In this document: piece after piece, positions 41,780 through 50,893 of the stretch
Numbering within the stretch: position 1 is the stretch's first letter
How the letters are laid out: the number at the start of each line of letters is the position of its first letter
Translations under genes and position numbers: made by a program
DNA from: Limnochordia bacterium
GTDB taxonomy: Bacteria > Bacillota > Limnochordia > DTU080
Assembly: GCA_050951545.1 (NCBI GenBank)
Contig: JBMNJG010000006.1
Span: 128,001 to 192,000, forward strand
Direction: 5' to 3'
Length of the DNA: 64,000 nucleotides
Notes under the pieces: generated by a model
What the model saw: only the letters and a program-made list of their open reading frames with translations
What the model was told of the DNA's origin: nothing
Database searches by the model: none

Positions 41780-41835
41780 CTCCCCAGATAATCGTGTTAC
41801 GCTGTGCGGGCATGTCGGCGACCTTCGATCTTCAT
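41780..41835 (-). repeat. Dispersed 5'-leader repeat, copy C
   Basis: Minus: atgaagatcgaaggtcgccgacatgcccgcacagcgtaacacgattatctggggag. Confidence 0.8.
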
Positions 41836-42060
41836 CGCGAGGTTCGCCTGCTCTCACCCGCTGTGGCGAGCTTCCCGATGTGCCTTGCGGCGTCGGCGAC
41901 TAGCCACACCTGTACCTCCAAGCCCGGTAAGCTGTTCCTCTCCAATCCTCGCGAGACCCTTGCCACACGCCATCACAGCGCGTCTGACGGCCCTCACAAA
42001 GCGCGTTAGTGTCTTGTATTCTATGACTACGAGGCGCTTCCCTCCCCAATGACACCGAAG

Positions 42061-43533
42061 CTAATCTGCCACGACACGAATTGTCTGCAGACTTGTGTCC
42101 TCAGGGCCCTGTACTGGCAACCCAGCGTCGATATGCTGCGCAATGTAATCAAGATTCTTTTGAGTGATCCACTCACCTGGCAGCAGAATGGGAATGCCGG
42201 GAGGATAGACCATCACGAACTCAGCGGCGATGCGCCCAGCCGAATCCGCGAGAGACACGGCTTCGGAGCTGCGGTAAAATGCCTCACGGGGAGTAAGAGC
42301 AAGGGCTGGCAGATCGGGAAGACGTACATGAACCCGACGCGGCCGGCGCACCGCTACACTCTGAGCAACCTGCCGGAGAGCCTCAACGAGCGCCGCCACC
42401 GTCCGCTCACTGTCAGCAAACGTGACGATGGCGAGGATGTTGTATAGATCCGACATCTCAATCTCTATGTGGTGCCTGTCGCGCAACAACCGCTCCACTT
42501 CCAAGCCAGAAAGGCCCAGCCCCTTGACAGAGATGCAGAGCTTTGTTGGATCGCACCCATGGGAAGATGATAGCCCGCCCATATCTTCGGCCCCCAAGCA
42601 CCAAAGCCCGGGAATGGCGTTGATCTCGCAGCGCGCCCATTCGGCTAGCGCAATAACCCTCCCGAGCATCTCGTGACCGCGAGTGGCCAGCTGTTTGCGT
42701 GCCGCGTCCAGCGAAGCAAGCAGGATATAGGACGTGGAGGTAGTCGTGAGCATGCTCAGCACAGCCTGTATGCGCTGCGGGCTCACCAAGCCCTCTCGGA
42801 CGTTCAGCACCGAACTCTGGGTCAGCGAACCTCCGAGCTTATGTACGCTCGTAGCGGCTACATCAGCTCCGGCAGCCATGGCGGAAAGTGGCAGATCTGG
42901 ATGAAAGTACAGGTGGACGCCATGAGCCTCATCTACCAGTACCGGAATACCTCGTTCGTGCGCCACCTGCACGATGCCCTGCAGGTCTGAGACGACGCCG
43001 AAATAGGTCGGATTGATGACCAGCAGTGCCCGGGCATCCGGATGCTCGCCGAGTGCGCGGCGCACTGTCGCCAACGACACCCCGTGGGCTACGCCCAACT
43101 TCGTGTCGATCTCAGGCGTCATGAACACGGGAACCGCGCCGGAGAGTACAATACCCGTCAGCACAGATCTGTGCACATTACGCGGTATCAGGATTTTTTC
43201 ACCGGGTCCGACGCAGGCCACTATCATAGCCATGATGGCCCCACTTGTACCTTGCACCGTGAAAAAGGTGTGATCTGCACCGAAGGCCCGAGCCGCCAGC
43301 GTCTGTGCCTCTTTGATCATCCCTCGTGGCCGATGGAGATCGTCGACTGGCGGAACATTGATGAGATCGATAGCCAAAGCGTTAAGGCCTATGTAGTCCC
43401 GAAACTCGGGAGCCATGCCAGCTCCCTGCTTGTGTCCGGGTATGTGGAACTGAATGGGATGACCAGCGGCGTATGCTAAGAGCCCGGAAAACAACGGCAT
43501 GGCCTCCTGACCACTGCCGTGTTGCTCCTCCAT
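42061..43533 (-). CDS. speA: Arginine/lysine/ornithine decarboxylase (PLP fold I)
   Basis: FHIPGHKQG, IKEAQ.LAA.AFGAD, PRNVHRS, VDEAHG, SVHKLGGSLTQSS, YPPGIP; closest in style to Bacillus SpeA. Confidence 0.85.
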   Translation of the reverse strand: MEEQHGSGQEAMPLFSGLLAYAAGHPIQFHIPGHKQGAGMAPEFRDYIGLNALAIDLINVPPVDDLHRPRGMIKEAQTLAARAFGADHTFFTVQGTSGAIMAMIVACVGPGEKILIPRNVHRSVLTGIVLSGAVPVFMTPEIDTKLGVAHGVSLATVRRALGEHPDARALLVINPTYFGVVSDLQGIVQVAHERGIPVLVDEAHGVHLYFHPDLPLSAMAAGADVAATSVHKLGGSLTQSSVLNVREGLVSPQRIQAVLSMLTTTSTSYILLASLDAARKQLATRGHEMLGRVIALAEWARCEINAIPGLWCLGAEDMGGLSSSHGCDPTKLCISVKGLGLSGLEVERLLRDRHHIEIEMSDLYNILAIVTFADSERTVAALVEALRQVAQSVAVRRPRRVHVRLPDLPALALTPREAFYRSSEAVSLADSAGRIAAEFVMVYPPGIPILLPGEWITQKNLDYIAQHIDAGLPVQGPEDTSLQTIRVVAD

Positions 43534-43555
43534 GTGTACTGCCTCCGATAGTAGG

Positions 43556-43909
43556 TTACCTGCTAGAGGACCCTGACAAACCACCTGGGCCATATAGGCG
43601 CTCTCTGCGAGCCAGGTTTTCGTTCTCCTCGCGCGCGATGGCGCGTTTCTCCTCAACAGCTTGGCGCAGTTTGTCGTCAAAGGTGATGCCCCTGAGCTTC
43701 TCCCAAGTGCTTACCCGCTTGACCTCTGTGGACAGACGAGAACCCGGCTTGTACCAACTGCACTTCGGGTCGTCAATCGCCTCCACCCTAGCGGTCGTGG
43801 CAAAAAGCAACACGCGGATACCCCATTTTTGACCAGGGGCAATCTCGGTGTAAACAGCCATTCTGTCATGGGGTCTTTCCCACTTGCCTTCATTGAGCCA
43901 CTTGATCAA
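43556..43909 (-). CDS. Hypothetical protein
   Basis: TTG start overlapping the regulator stop (TTGA) with AGGGGTG RBS. Confidence 0.7.
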   Translation of the reverse strand: MIKWLNEGKWERPHDRMAVYTEIAPGQKWGIRVLLFATTARVEAIDDPKCSWYKPGSRLSTEVKRVSTWEKLRGITFDDKLRQAVEEKRAIAREENENLARRERLYGPGGLSGSSSR

Positions 43910-44580
43910 ACCAGGCACCCCTGATGCATTATAGCATGCCTCCATGCATAGACGGCGATCTGTGTCCGGTCACGAGCGCCAAGTTTGTGGCAGACGCTAC
44001 TCACGTGGTTCTTAACAGTCCCCTCAGTAATAAACAGCGCTTCCCCGATCTCGCGATTGGATAGTCCTTCCGCCACGAGCCTCAACACGTCCGTCTCCCG
44101 TGCCGTAAGCGAGCTGATGATAGGTGTCTCACGCTTCGTAGGCCGAGGGCCATGCTCCAATAGCTGTCGCAGATGATCCACTACACGCCTAGCCACCTGA
44201 GGGGAGAGAGAGACCCCGCCCGCCATGCCCACGCGAACAGCCCGAATAAGCTCCTCCGAAGGCGAGTCCTTAAGCAGATAACCGTCTACTCCGGCACCCA
44301 GCGCGCCCAGTATGCATTGGTCACTGTTATGGCTACTCAGAGCGATTACCGTGATGCCCGGAAACTCGCTCTTCATGGTGGTGCAGGCATCCACATGCGA
44401 TGCACACGGCTCAGGCATATCCATCACCACGACCTGCGGAGCGAGTGCGCCGCATCGCCGGAGTGCTTCCTCCGCTGTTCTGGCCATGCCCACCACTTGA
44501 AAATCCTCCTCTAGCTCGAGGATAGTTCGCAACCCCTCCAACATCAACCCTTGGCCATCTACCACCAAGATCCCAACCAA
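43906..44580 (-). CDS. NarL/LuxR-family response regulator
   Basis: Receiver (VVVMD, GYLLKD) + LTARETDVLRLVAEGLSNREI..LFITEGTVKNHVS. Confidence 0.92.
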   Translation of the reverse strand: MVGILVVDGQGLMLEGLRTILELEEDFQVVGMARTAEEALRRCGALAPQVVVMDMPEPCASHVDACTTMKSEFPGITVIALSSHNSDQCILGALGAGVDGYLLKDSPSEELIRAVRVGMAGGVSLSPQVARRVVDHLRQLLEHGPRPTKRETPIISSLTARETDVLRLVAEGLSNREIGEALFITEGTVKNHVSSVCHKLGARDRTQIAVYAWRHAIMHQGCLV

Positions 44581-44697
44581 CAGCGCCGCCCCTTCCCCTG
44601 AGTCTTCTAGGATATTTGACGCAGGTCCAAGGTTTCCTCTAACCAAAGTCATACATCCAGTCCCAGAATGCGACCAAGGGCCTAGGCGGACGCGGAA

Positions 44698-44724
44698 AAG
44701 GGCCTCGGAAGCTCCGAAGCCCTT
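44698..44724 (-). terminator. Terminator after the acyl-CoA synthetase gene
   Basis: Minus: aagggcttcgga-gct-tccgaggccctt followed by tt. Confidence 0.65.
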
Positions 44725-44746
44725 GCGAAATCCGCACCAGTAAGTG

Positions 44747-46885
44747 CTAGCTACGTACTGCTGGTACCTCCTGCGCCACCTCTGAGCTCTCGCAAAGTGT
44801 GATCTTTACATCCACGGCGGAGAGCCCCTCTTCGTAAACAAACAGCGGGTTGATATCGAATTCCTCGATCTCAGGGAAGTCGCTCACCAAGGCCGCGACC
44901 TTCGCAATTGTCGCCTCGACGGCAGCGATATCTGCTGGCGGCTCGCCTCGGTAACCCTTCAGGAGCGTGTAAGCCTTGGTCTCGCGTACCATCTCGGCTA
45001 CGTCCTCCTCGGTGAGGTTGTGAGCCAGACGGAAAGCTACGTCCTTAATCAGGTTGACGTAGATGCCACCCATACCAAACATGACCATAGGCCCAAAGGA
45101 AGCATCGCGAGCCATGCCGATGATCACCTCGCGGCCCACTGGCATCATGCGCTGGACCTCTACACCCAGGATGGTAGCCCCTTCGACAGCAGAGCACTTG
45201 GCCATCATCGTCGTAAACTCCGCAGCTACCTCATCTGCCGACTTGAGCCCCAGCTTGACGCCACCTACATCACTCTTGTGCAGGATATCAGGAGACGCGA
45301 TCTTCAGAGCGATGGGGAAGCCCAGCTCTTCTGCCACGGCGGCTGCGGCCCCGGCTGACGTAACCAAGCGCCCCGGAGCAGCGTCTATGCCATAGGCGGC
45401 CACCACTTGCGCAGCCTCGCAACCCAACAGGGCACTGCGGCCTTCGGCCCGCACCTTAGCGATGATCTCTTTTACCTGCTCTTTGTTGGCCGCATCGCGG
45501 CTGATTGGTGTGCCCAAGCCCTTCTTGCGCATCTCAGCATATCGGGCCATGCCAGAGACCGCCAGCGCAGCCCGTTCAGGAGCATCGTAGGGAGGAACAC
45601 CAGCCTCACGACTGGCCTCGAAAGCATCCTTCACGATGTCGCCACCCATCCAGCAAGTGAGGACTGGCTTTTCACCGAACTTGCGGACTGCTTCGGCCAC
45701 CGCGTTAGCTGTAGGCATGGGCTCAGTCATGGACTGGGGAGAGACAACCACGATTACACTGTCTACATTTGGATCGCGCAGCACGGGCTCCAAGGCCACC
45801 TGGTAACGATCTGCACCTGCATCGCCGACAACGTCGATGGGGTTGTTGAAGGCCGCAACGGACGGTAGTTTTCCTCGTAGTTCGCTCAAGGTGCTCTCAG
45901 CTAGCTTGGACATCTCTAGATTGCCTGCGCTTTCTATGGCATCGGTGCATAGGATGCCTGGTCCGCCAGCATTGGTGACCACCGCCACCCGATTGCCTTC
46001 TGGAATCGGTTGCAGCGAGAAAGCCGTAGCCAAATCTGTGAACTCCTGAGCGCCGCCCACCCGAATACCGCCCGACTGTTTGATAGCGATATCATAGGCC
46101 CGGTCGTTACCAGCCAGCGCACCCGTGTGTGAGGATGCGGCCTTCTGCGCAGCTTCGCCCACGCCCGACTTGAGGACCAAGACCGGCTTGGTTCGGGAAA
46201 CCTCACGCAGGGTATCCATGAAAGCGGGACCGTCGGCAACACTCTCCATGTAGCAGATAATCACTTTGGTGTTGGGGTCTTCGCCCATGGCGGCCAGGAA
46301 ATCTGCCTCGGTCAGGCCCGCACGATTGCCCATGCTCACAAACAGGCTGAAACCAACATTCGCTCCCGCACTCCAGTCGAGAACAGCGGCTCCCAAAGCC
46401 CCACTCTGCGAGATGAAGCCGATGCCGCCTGTGGCTGGGTGCGTGGAGCCAAAAGAGGCGTTCATCTTGTCATGCGTGCTGATGACCCCAAGGCAGTTGG
46501 GGCCCGTCAGCGTCATGGAGTACTTCTCACAGACGGCCTGCAGCTCTTCCTCCAGCGCTGCGCCCTCTGCTCCGACCTCTTTGAAGCCCGCAGTGATGAC
46601 TACCAGGTGCTTGGCACCCGCCTGGCCACACTCCTCGGCGGCTGAGATCACGAACTTGGTGGGGATGCAGATAACTGCGAGATCAACGGGACCGACCTCA
46701 CCGATAGTCTTGTAACACTTGACGCCAAGAATCTCTTCTTCTCTGAGGTTGATCGGGTAGATTGCCCCCGGATACCCCACGTTGAGCAGGTTCCTCAGTA
46801 CTGCATTTCCCACCTTTTGAGGGTGGGCCGAAGCGCCAACAACCGCCACTGACGCTGGATTCATAAGCGAGCTAAGTTTGGCCAA
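44747..46885 (-). CDS. acdA: ADP-forming acetate/acyl-CoA ligase, fused alpha+beta
   Basis: PASVAVVGAS, GPNCLG, SQSGALG, ASSHTGALAG, TNAGGPG, NPIDVVGDA, ATP-grasp HKSDVGGV. Confidence 0.9.
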   Translation of the reverse strand: MAKLSSLMNPASVAVVGASAHPQKVGNAVLRNLLNVGYPGAIYPINLREEEILGVKCYKTIGEVGPVDLAVICIPTKFVISAAEECGQAGAKHLVVITAGFKEVGAEGAALEEELQAVCEKYSMTLTGPNCLGVISTHDKMNASFGSTHPATGGIGFISQSGALGAAVLDWSAGANVGFSLFVSMGNRAGLTEADFLAAMGEDPNTKVIICYMESVADGPAFMDTLREVSRTKPVLVLKSGVGEAAQKAASSHTGALAGNDRAYDIAIKQSGGIRVGGAQEFTDLATAFSLQPIPEGNRVAVVTNAGGPGILCTDAIESAGNLEMSKLAESTLSELRGKLPSVAAFNNPIDVVGDAGADRYQVALEPVLRDPNVDSVIVVVSPQSMTEPMPTANAVAEAVRKFGEKPVLTCWMGGDIVKDAFEASREAGVPPYDAPERAALAVSGMARYAEMRKKGLGTPISRDAANKEQVKEIIAKVRAEGRSALLGCEAAQVVAAYGIDAAPGRLVTSAGAAAAVAEELGFPIALKIASPDILHKSDVGGVKLGLKSADEVAAEFTTMMAKCSAVEGATILGVEVQRMMPVGREVIIGMARDASFGPMVMFGMGGIYVNLIKDVAFRLAHNLTEEDVAEMVRETKAYTLLKGYRGEPPADIAAVEATIAKVAALVSDFPEIEEFDINPLFVYEEGLSAVDVKITLCESSEVAQEVPAVRS

Positions 46886-47132
46886 CTGCAGATCTCCTCT
46901 CTTAATCCTTCTACCCTGATCTTCCAACACTTCACCACGGGCAACCCCACCTACAGGGCCGGGTACCCAGGTGCTTACTTCCCCATTTCTAGATGACACG
47001 GCGCGTAAAACCCCAAGGTCAGCCTGTTAAGTACTGCCCTGCTACATGCGACTCGGGGCGGCCAACCCCATAAATACGTGCTAGAACTGGTATTTCCTGC
47101 GATGACCGGCTATTGTTCACAAAACGTTCACC

Positions 47133-47783
47133 TCAGCCAACGAGGTTCTCGCGCACCGCATGAGCCGCCGCTTCTGCCCGGTTGCTGACCTTCAGCTTCG
47201 CCAAGAGACTGCTCACATAGTTGCGGACGGTCTTCTGGCTGAGGCCCAACGCCTTGGCGATCTCCTTGTTCGTCTGCCCTTGCGCAATCAAACTCAAGAT
47301 ATCCCTCTCTCGCTGGGTCAGGACGATGTCATCGAGGTCATTGCTCCTCGCAGCCCCACCCCTGAGGCGCCGTAACACAGTATCTGTCAGGCCCGGATCC
47401 AACCACGAACCCCCTTCGGCCACCAGACGTATGCCTTGAACGAGTTCCCGGCAACCGACCCCCTTGAGCACATAGCCACTGGCCCCGGCCAATAGCGAGG
47501 AGATCAGCGCCTCCTCATCGCTGTAGGAGGTGAACACAACCACCCGTGTCCGCGGGTATCTGCTTCGCATAGCTTGACACACTCGGACGCCGCTCATGTC
47601 TGGCAGGCGCAAGTCCAGCAGCACGACATCGGGTAGCCGCGCTGCGACAGACTCCAAGGCTTCTGCACCAGTAGCGGCGGCACCTACCACCTCTAAGCCC
47701 GGTGTATTCTCCAAGACCGAGCGCAACCCTACCCGCACCACCTCATGGTCGTCCACGATCAGTAGGCGAATGGCTTTCATCAC
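47133..47783 (-). CDS. NarL/LuxR-family response regulator
   Basis: IVDDHEVVRVGL, VLLDLRLPD, LTQRERDIL..GQTNKEIA..LSQKTVRNYVS. Confidence 0.95.
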   Translation of the reverse strand: MMKAIRLLIVDDHEVVRVGLRSVLENTPGLEVVGAAATGAEALESVAARLPDVVLLDLRLPDMSGVRVCQAMRSRYPRTRVVVFTSYSDEEALISSLLAGASGYVLKGVGCRELVQGIRLVAEGGSWLDPGLTDTVLRRLRGGAARSNDLDDIVLTQRERDILSLIAQGQTNKEIAKALGLSQKTVRNYVSSLLAKLKVSNRAEAAAHAVRENLVG

Positions 47784-48511
47784 GTCCCCCCCTCCGAAGG
47801 CACCTTTAGCCGCACCACAGTACCCGCCCCGGGTGTGCTTTCAATGTGTAGCGTGGCCTGCAGTAAGCGTGCTCGCTCGCGCATGTTGCGCATTCCGTGA
47901 TGCCCCTGGCCGACTCTTGTCGGGTCGAAGCCCTGCCCATCGTCACACACAACTAGTTCGAGGCCCGTGCCCTCCCTTCGCAGCGCTACGCCGATATGTG
48001 TGGCACTGCTATGTCGGATGGCATTGGAGAGGGCTTCGCGTGCTAGTTGCAGCAGATGGTCTGCCTGCGCAGCACTCAGCGCCACCTGACCCATAGCCTC
48101 GGTCTCAAACCCCAGAGGGACACTCGTGGCCCCTTGCATCTCATCGACAAGCGTGCCCAAGAGGTCAGGCAGCGACTGAGTCACATCCTTTTCCAGATTC
48201 ATCACATAAATGCGGATGTCAGCCATCACCCGCCTGATCATCTCCAATAGGTGCCGGACCTCGTCTCGCTCTGCCTCAGACAGCCCTTCGGCAGGTCCGA
48301 TGCGACTCTCCAACCTCAAAGCAATGGCATATAGCCACTGCACGGGGCCATCGTGCAGCTCACGAGCGATGCGCCTGCGTTCGTCAGCGATTCCCGTCGC
48401 AGCCACTTGCTGCCTATATCTAACCTCCTGACAGGCTCGTCGAGCTCGTATCAAGGCCAACACCGCCACACTGACGGCAAGTGTAAGCAAGCCATACGAC
48501 AAACGGCTCAT
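47780..48511 (-). CDS. HisKA_3 (NarX/DegS-type) sensor histidine kinase with one TM segment
   Basis: ERRRIARELHDG, REALSNAIRHS, DDGQGFD, GMRNMRERA. Confidence 0.92.
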   Translation of the reverse strand: MSRLSYGLLTLAVSVAVLALIRARRACQEVRYRQQVAATGIADERRRIARELHDGPVQWLYAIALRLESRIGPAEGLSEAERDEVRHLLEMIRRVMADIRIYVMNLEKDVTQSLPDLLGTLVDEMQGATSVPLGFETEAMGQVALSAAQADHLLQLAREALSNAIRHSSATHIGVALRREGTGLELVVCDDGQGFDPTRVGQGHHGMRNMRERARLLQATLHIESTPGAGTVVRLKVPSEGGT

Positions 48512-48593
48512 TGTCTGACTCGCCTGTCCAATAGGGGCCAGCAATTCAAGGCATCTCCTAGCTTTCGCGACCGCACAAAGACTGTTCAAACGG

Positions 48594-49766
48594 TTAGTAA
48601 TAGACAAACTCCCGTACGTCGTAGCGGGTACACGCCGGACCACCCTGATCCACGGGGCGTAGCCCACTGCGTATGGTACGCTCCTGTTGCCGCATAGCTT
48701 CGTCATCAAGCGCCTGCACACCCGCCGACTGGGCCCAAAGGGCATACTCGCTATCTGGTTCCACCACGAGTTCCGACAAGTAGACAACATCCTCGGCATC
48801 CAGCGGCAGGCGAGACAGCAGTTCAGCGGTTTCCGCTGCGTGCACCCTCTCCAGACGATCGCCCCCGGCCCCAAGCAAGAAGATCAGGCCCACCCCAACT
48901 CCACCCTCCTTCAGAGACCTCACCGCCTGCTCCACCCGATCCGGACTGCTGGGCTTGCGCAGTGTTCGAAGCACCACAGGGCTTCCGGATTCAGCGCCTA
49001 CATAGACGCGCCGCAATCCCAACCGCCGCAACGCCGCAAACTCCTCAGGCGAATGGAACTTGGTGCCAAAGAGATCCATGAAGGTGAACACCCCTTCGAT
49101 ACCCCCTGGCCCCCAAGGCAACTGGGCCTGCATCAGCTCCAGAGCAGAGCTGATTTTGCCAAAGGGAAGACCTAAGGCATTGGCATCCCCCATAAAAGCA
49201 AACCGCCGGCGATTTATGGCCTCGCCAACCAGCCTCAACACAGCTTCGATGTGCTGGGCAAACTCCTCTAATGTCTTCTCGCGATAGGGACGGCCGCGAT
49301 AGAATGTGCAGAATCGACAATGGTTGTAGCGACAACCTACTGTGAGCTGTAGCAGTAGTGCTCCGTACTGGTCAGGTGGCAGAATACCAACTGGCTCATA
49401 TACAGAAGCAAAGCGATGTGCCCGCGAGTGCATGAGCCGAACTCCGCACGCTTCGATCTGCGCCAAAACAGCATCCCACGGGGGCCCTGGTGGCTTTGCG
49501 AGCATCCTGAGCAACACCGCCGCCCTATCATAGCCCTCTGCCGCTCTTTCCAGCCCCTCAGCGACGCTTAGATGTCTTTGCCTACGCTGCTGCACCCCGA
49601 ACCACTGCAAGGGCTTCCGAAGGCAGGCACCACTGAGACCCCAGCGGCTCAGCTGATTATCCCAGAGGGCACGGACAAGACACCCCGATCGGTCAAATGA
49701 GAAGGAAGACTCCACCCCGACTTCTACCGTGAACAGGTCAGGAGTGACACGAACCTGCGGCAACAC
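48594..49766 (-). CDS. Radical SAM protein
   Basis: LLQLTVGCRYNHCRFCTFY (CxxxCxxC), DANAL, YVGAESG. Confidence 0.88.
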   Translation of the reverse strand: MLPQVRVTPDLFTVEVGVESSFSFDRSGCLVRALWDNQLSRWGLSGACLRKPLQWFGVQQRRQRHLSVAEGLERAAEGYDRAAVLLRMLAKPPGPPWDAVLAQIEACGVRLMHSRAHRFASVYEPVGILPPDQYGALLLQLTVGCRYNHCRFCTFYRGRPYREKTLEEFAQHIEAVLRLVGEAINRRRFAFMGDANALGLPFGKISSALELMQAQLPWGPGGIEGVFTFMDLFGTKFHSPEEFAALRRLGLRRVYVGAESGSPVVLRTLRKPSSPDRVEQAVRSLKEGGVGVGLIFLLGAGGDRLERVHAAETAELLSRLPLDAEDVVYLSELVVEPDSEYALWAQSAGVQALDDEAMRQQERTIRSGLRPVDQGGPACTRYDVREFVYY

Positions 49767-49858
49767 GCCTCGACTACACCTGCCTCAGCTTTCATTGTCT
49801 CCCAGGCCCCGACTCACGTCCACTGATTTATGACACGAATCTCTGGACATATGTCATC

Positions 49859-50812
49859 TCAGAGACCAACTGAACGGGCCACCTCTTTGAGCTTGTCCGC
49901 CGAGCGCCGAAAGGCAGCCTCCTCATCGACGGAAAAGGGAAGCTCGAGAACGCGGTCAATCCCGGACCGATTAATGATACAAGGCACGCCTAGGCAGATG
50001 TCGCTGATGCCGTGATAGTCATCAAGCAGCGTACTGACTGAAAGCACACTGTGCTGATCCTGCAGCACCGCCTCGACAATGCGCTGCAAGCCCATCGCGA
50101 TAGCGTAGTAGGTGGAACCTTTCTTCTCGATGATCGTGTAGGCCGCGTCGCGCACGCCCTTGAAGATCCCCTCCACGGTCTCATCGGAGTATTCGCGCTC
50201 CGATGCCCAGCAAAACTCAGCAAACGGTATGGGGCCTATAGTCGCCAGACTCCAGACTGCCAACTCGCTATCACCGTGCTCACCGACAATGTAGGCGTGC
50301 ACCGAGCGGGGGTCGACATCCGCATACATCCCCAGAAGGTAGCGAAAGCGAGCAGTGTCGAGAATGGTTCCAGACCCGATAACCCGAGACGCTGGCAGAC
50401 CTGAGAACTTCAGCGTAGCGTATGTAAGAATATCGACAGGATTCGTCGCGATGAGAATGATCCCCTTGGGGTGATGCTCCATGATCCTTCCAACGATGTC
50501 ACGAAAGATGGCCATGTTTTTCCGCACAAGATCAAGCCGCGTTTCTCCCGGCTTCTGAGAGGCACCGGCGGCAATGACAATGACGTCCGCACTCGCAGTA
50601 TCGGCATAGTCTCCCGCCCAAATGCGCATGGGTTGGGCAAAGGCCAGACCGTGATTGAGATCCATGGCATCGCCCTCAGCCTTGGCTTTGTTGACATCAA
50701 TAAGCACGAGGTCTGAGACGACGCCGGACAACACAGCAGTATAGGCAAAGGTCGAACCCACAAAGCCTGTCCCAACAACTGCCACGCGAGCGCCCGGACA
50801 CCTTGGCTCCAT
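49859..50812 (-). CDS. ldh: L-lactate dehydrogenase
   Basis: VVGTGFVG, AGASQKPGETRLDL, ATNPVD, SGTILDTARFR, GEHGDSE, KGSTYY. Confidence 0.96.
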   Translation of the reverse strand: MEPRCPGARVAVVGTGFVGSTFAYTAVLSGVVSDLVLIDVNKAKAEGDAMDLNHGLAFAQPMRIWAGDYADTASADVIVIAAGASQKPGETRLDLVRKNMAIFRDIVGRIMEHHPKGIILIATNPVDILTYATLKFSGLPASRVIGSGTILDTARFRYLLGMYADVDPRSVHAYIVGEHGDSELAVWSLATIGPIPFAEFCWASEREYSDETVEGIFKGVRDAAYTIIEKKGSTYYAIAMGLQRIVEAVLQDQHSVLSVSTLLDDYHGISDICLGVPCIINRSGIDRVLELPFSVDEEAAFRRSADKLKEVARSVGL

Positions 50813-50893
50813 ATGCATACCTCTTCCCATCCCGTATTCGCGTTCCCCGCGCACGTCTGGAGATAGCTTTCCCATCTCCCCAGTAATCACCTT

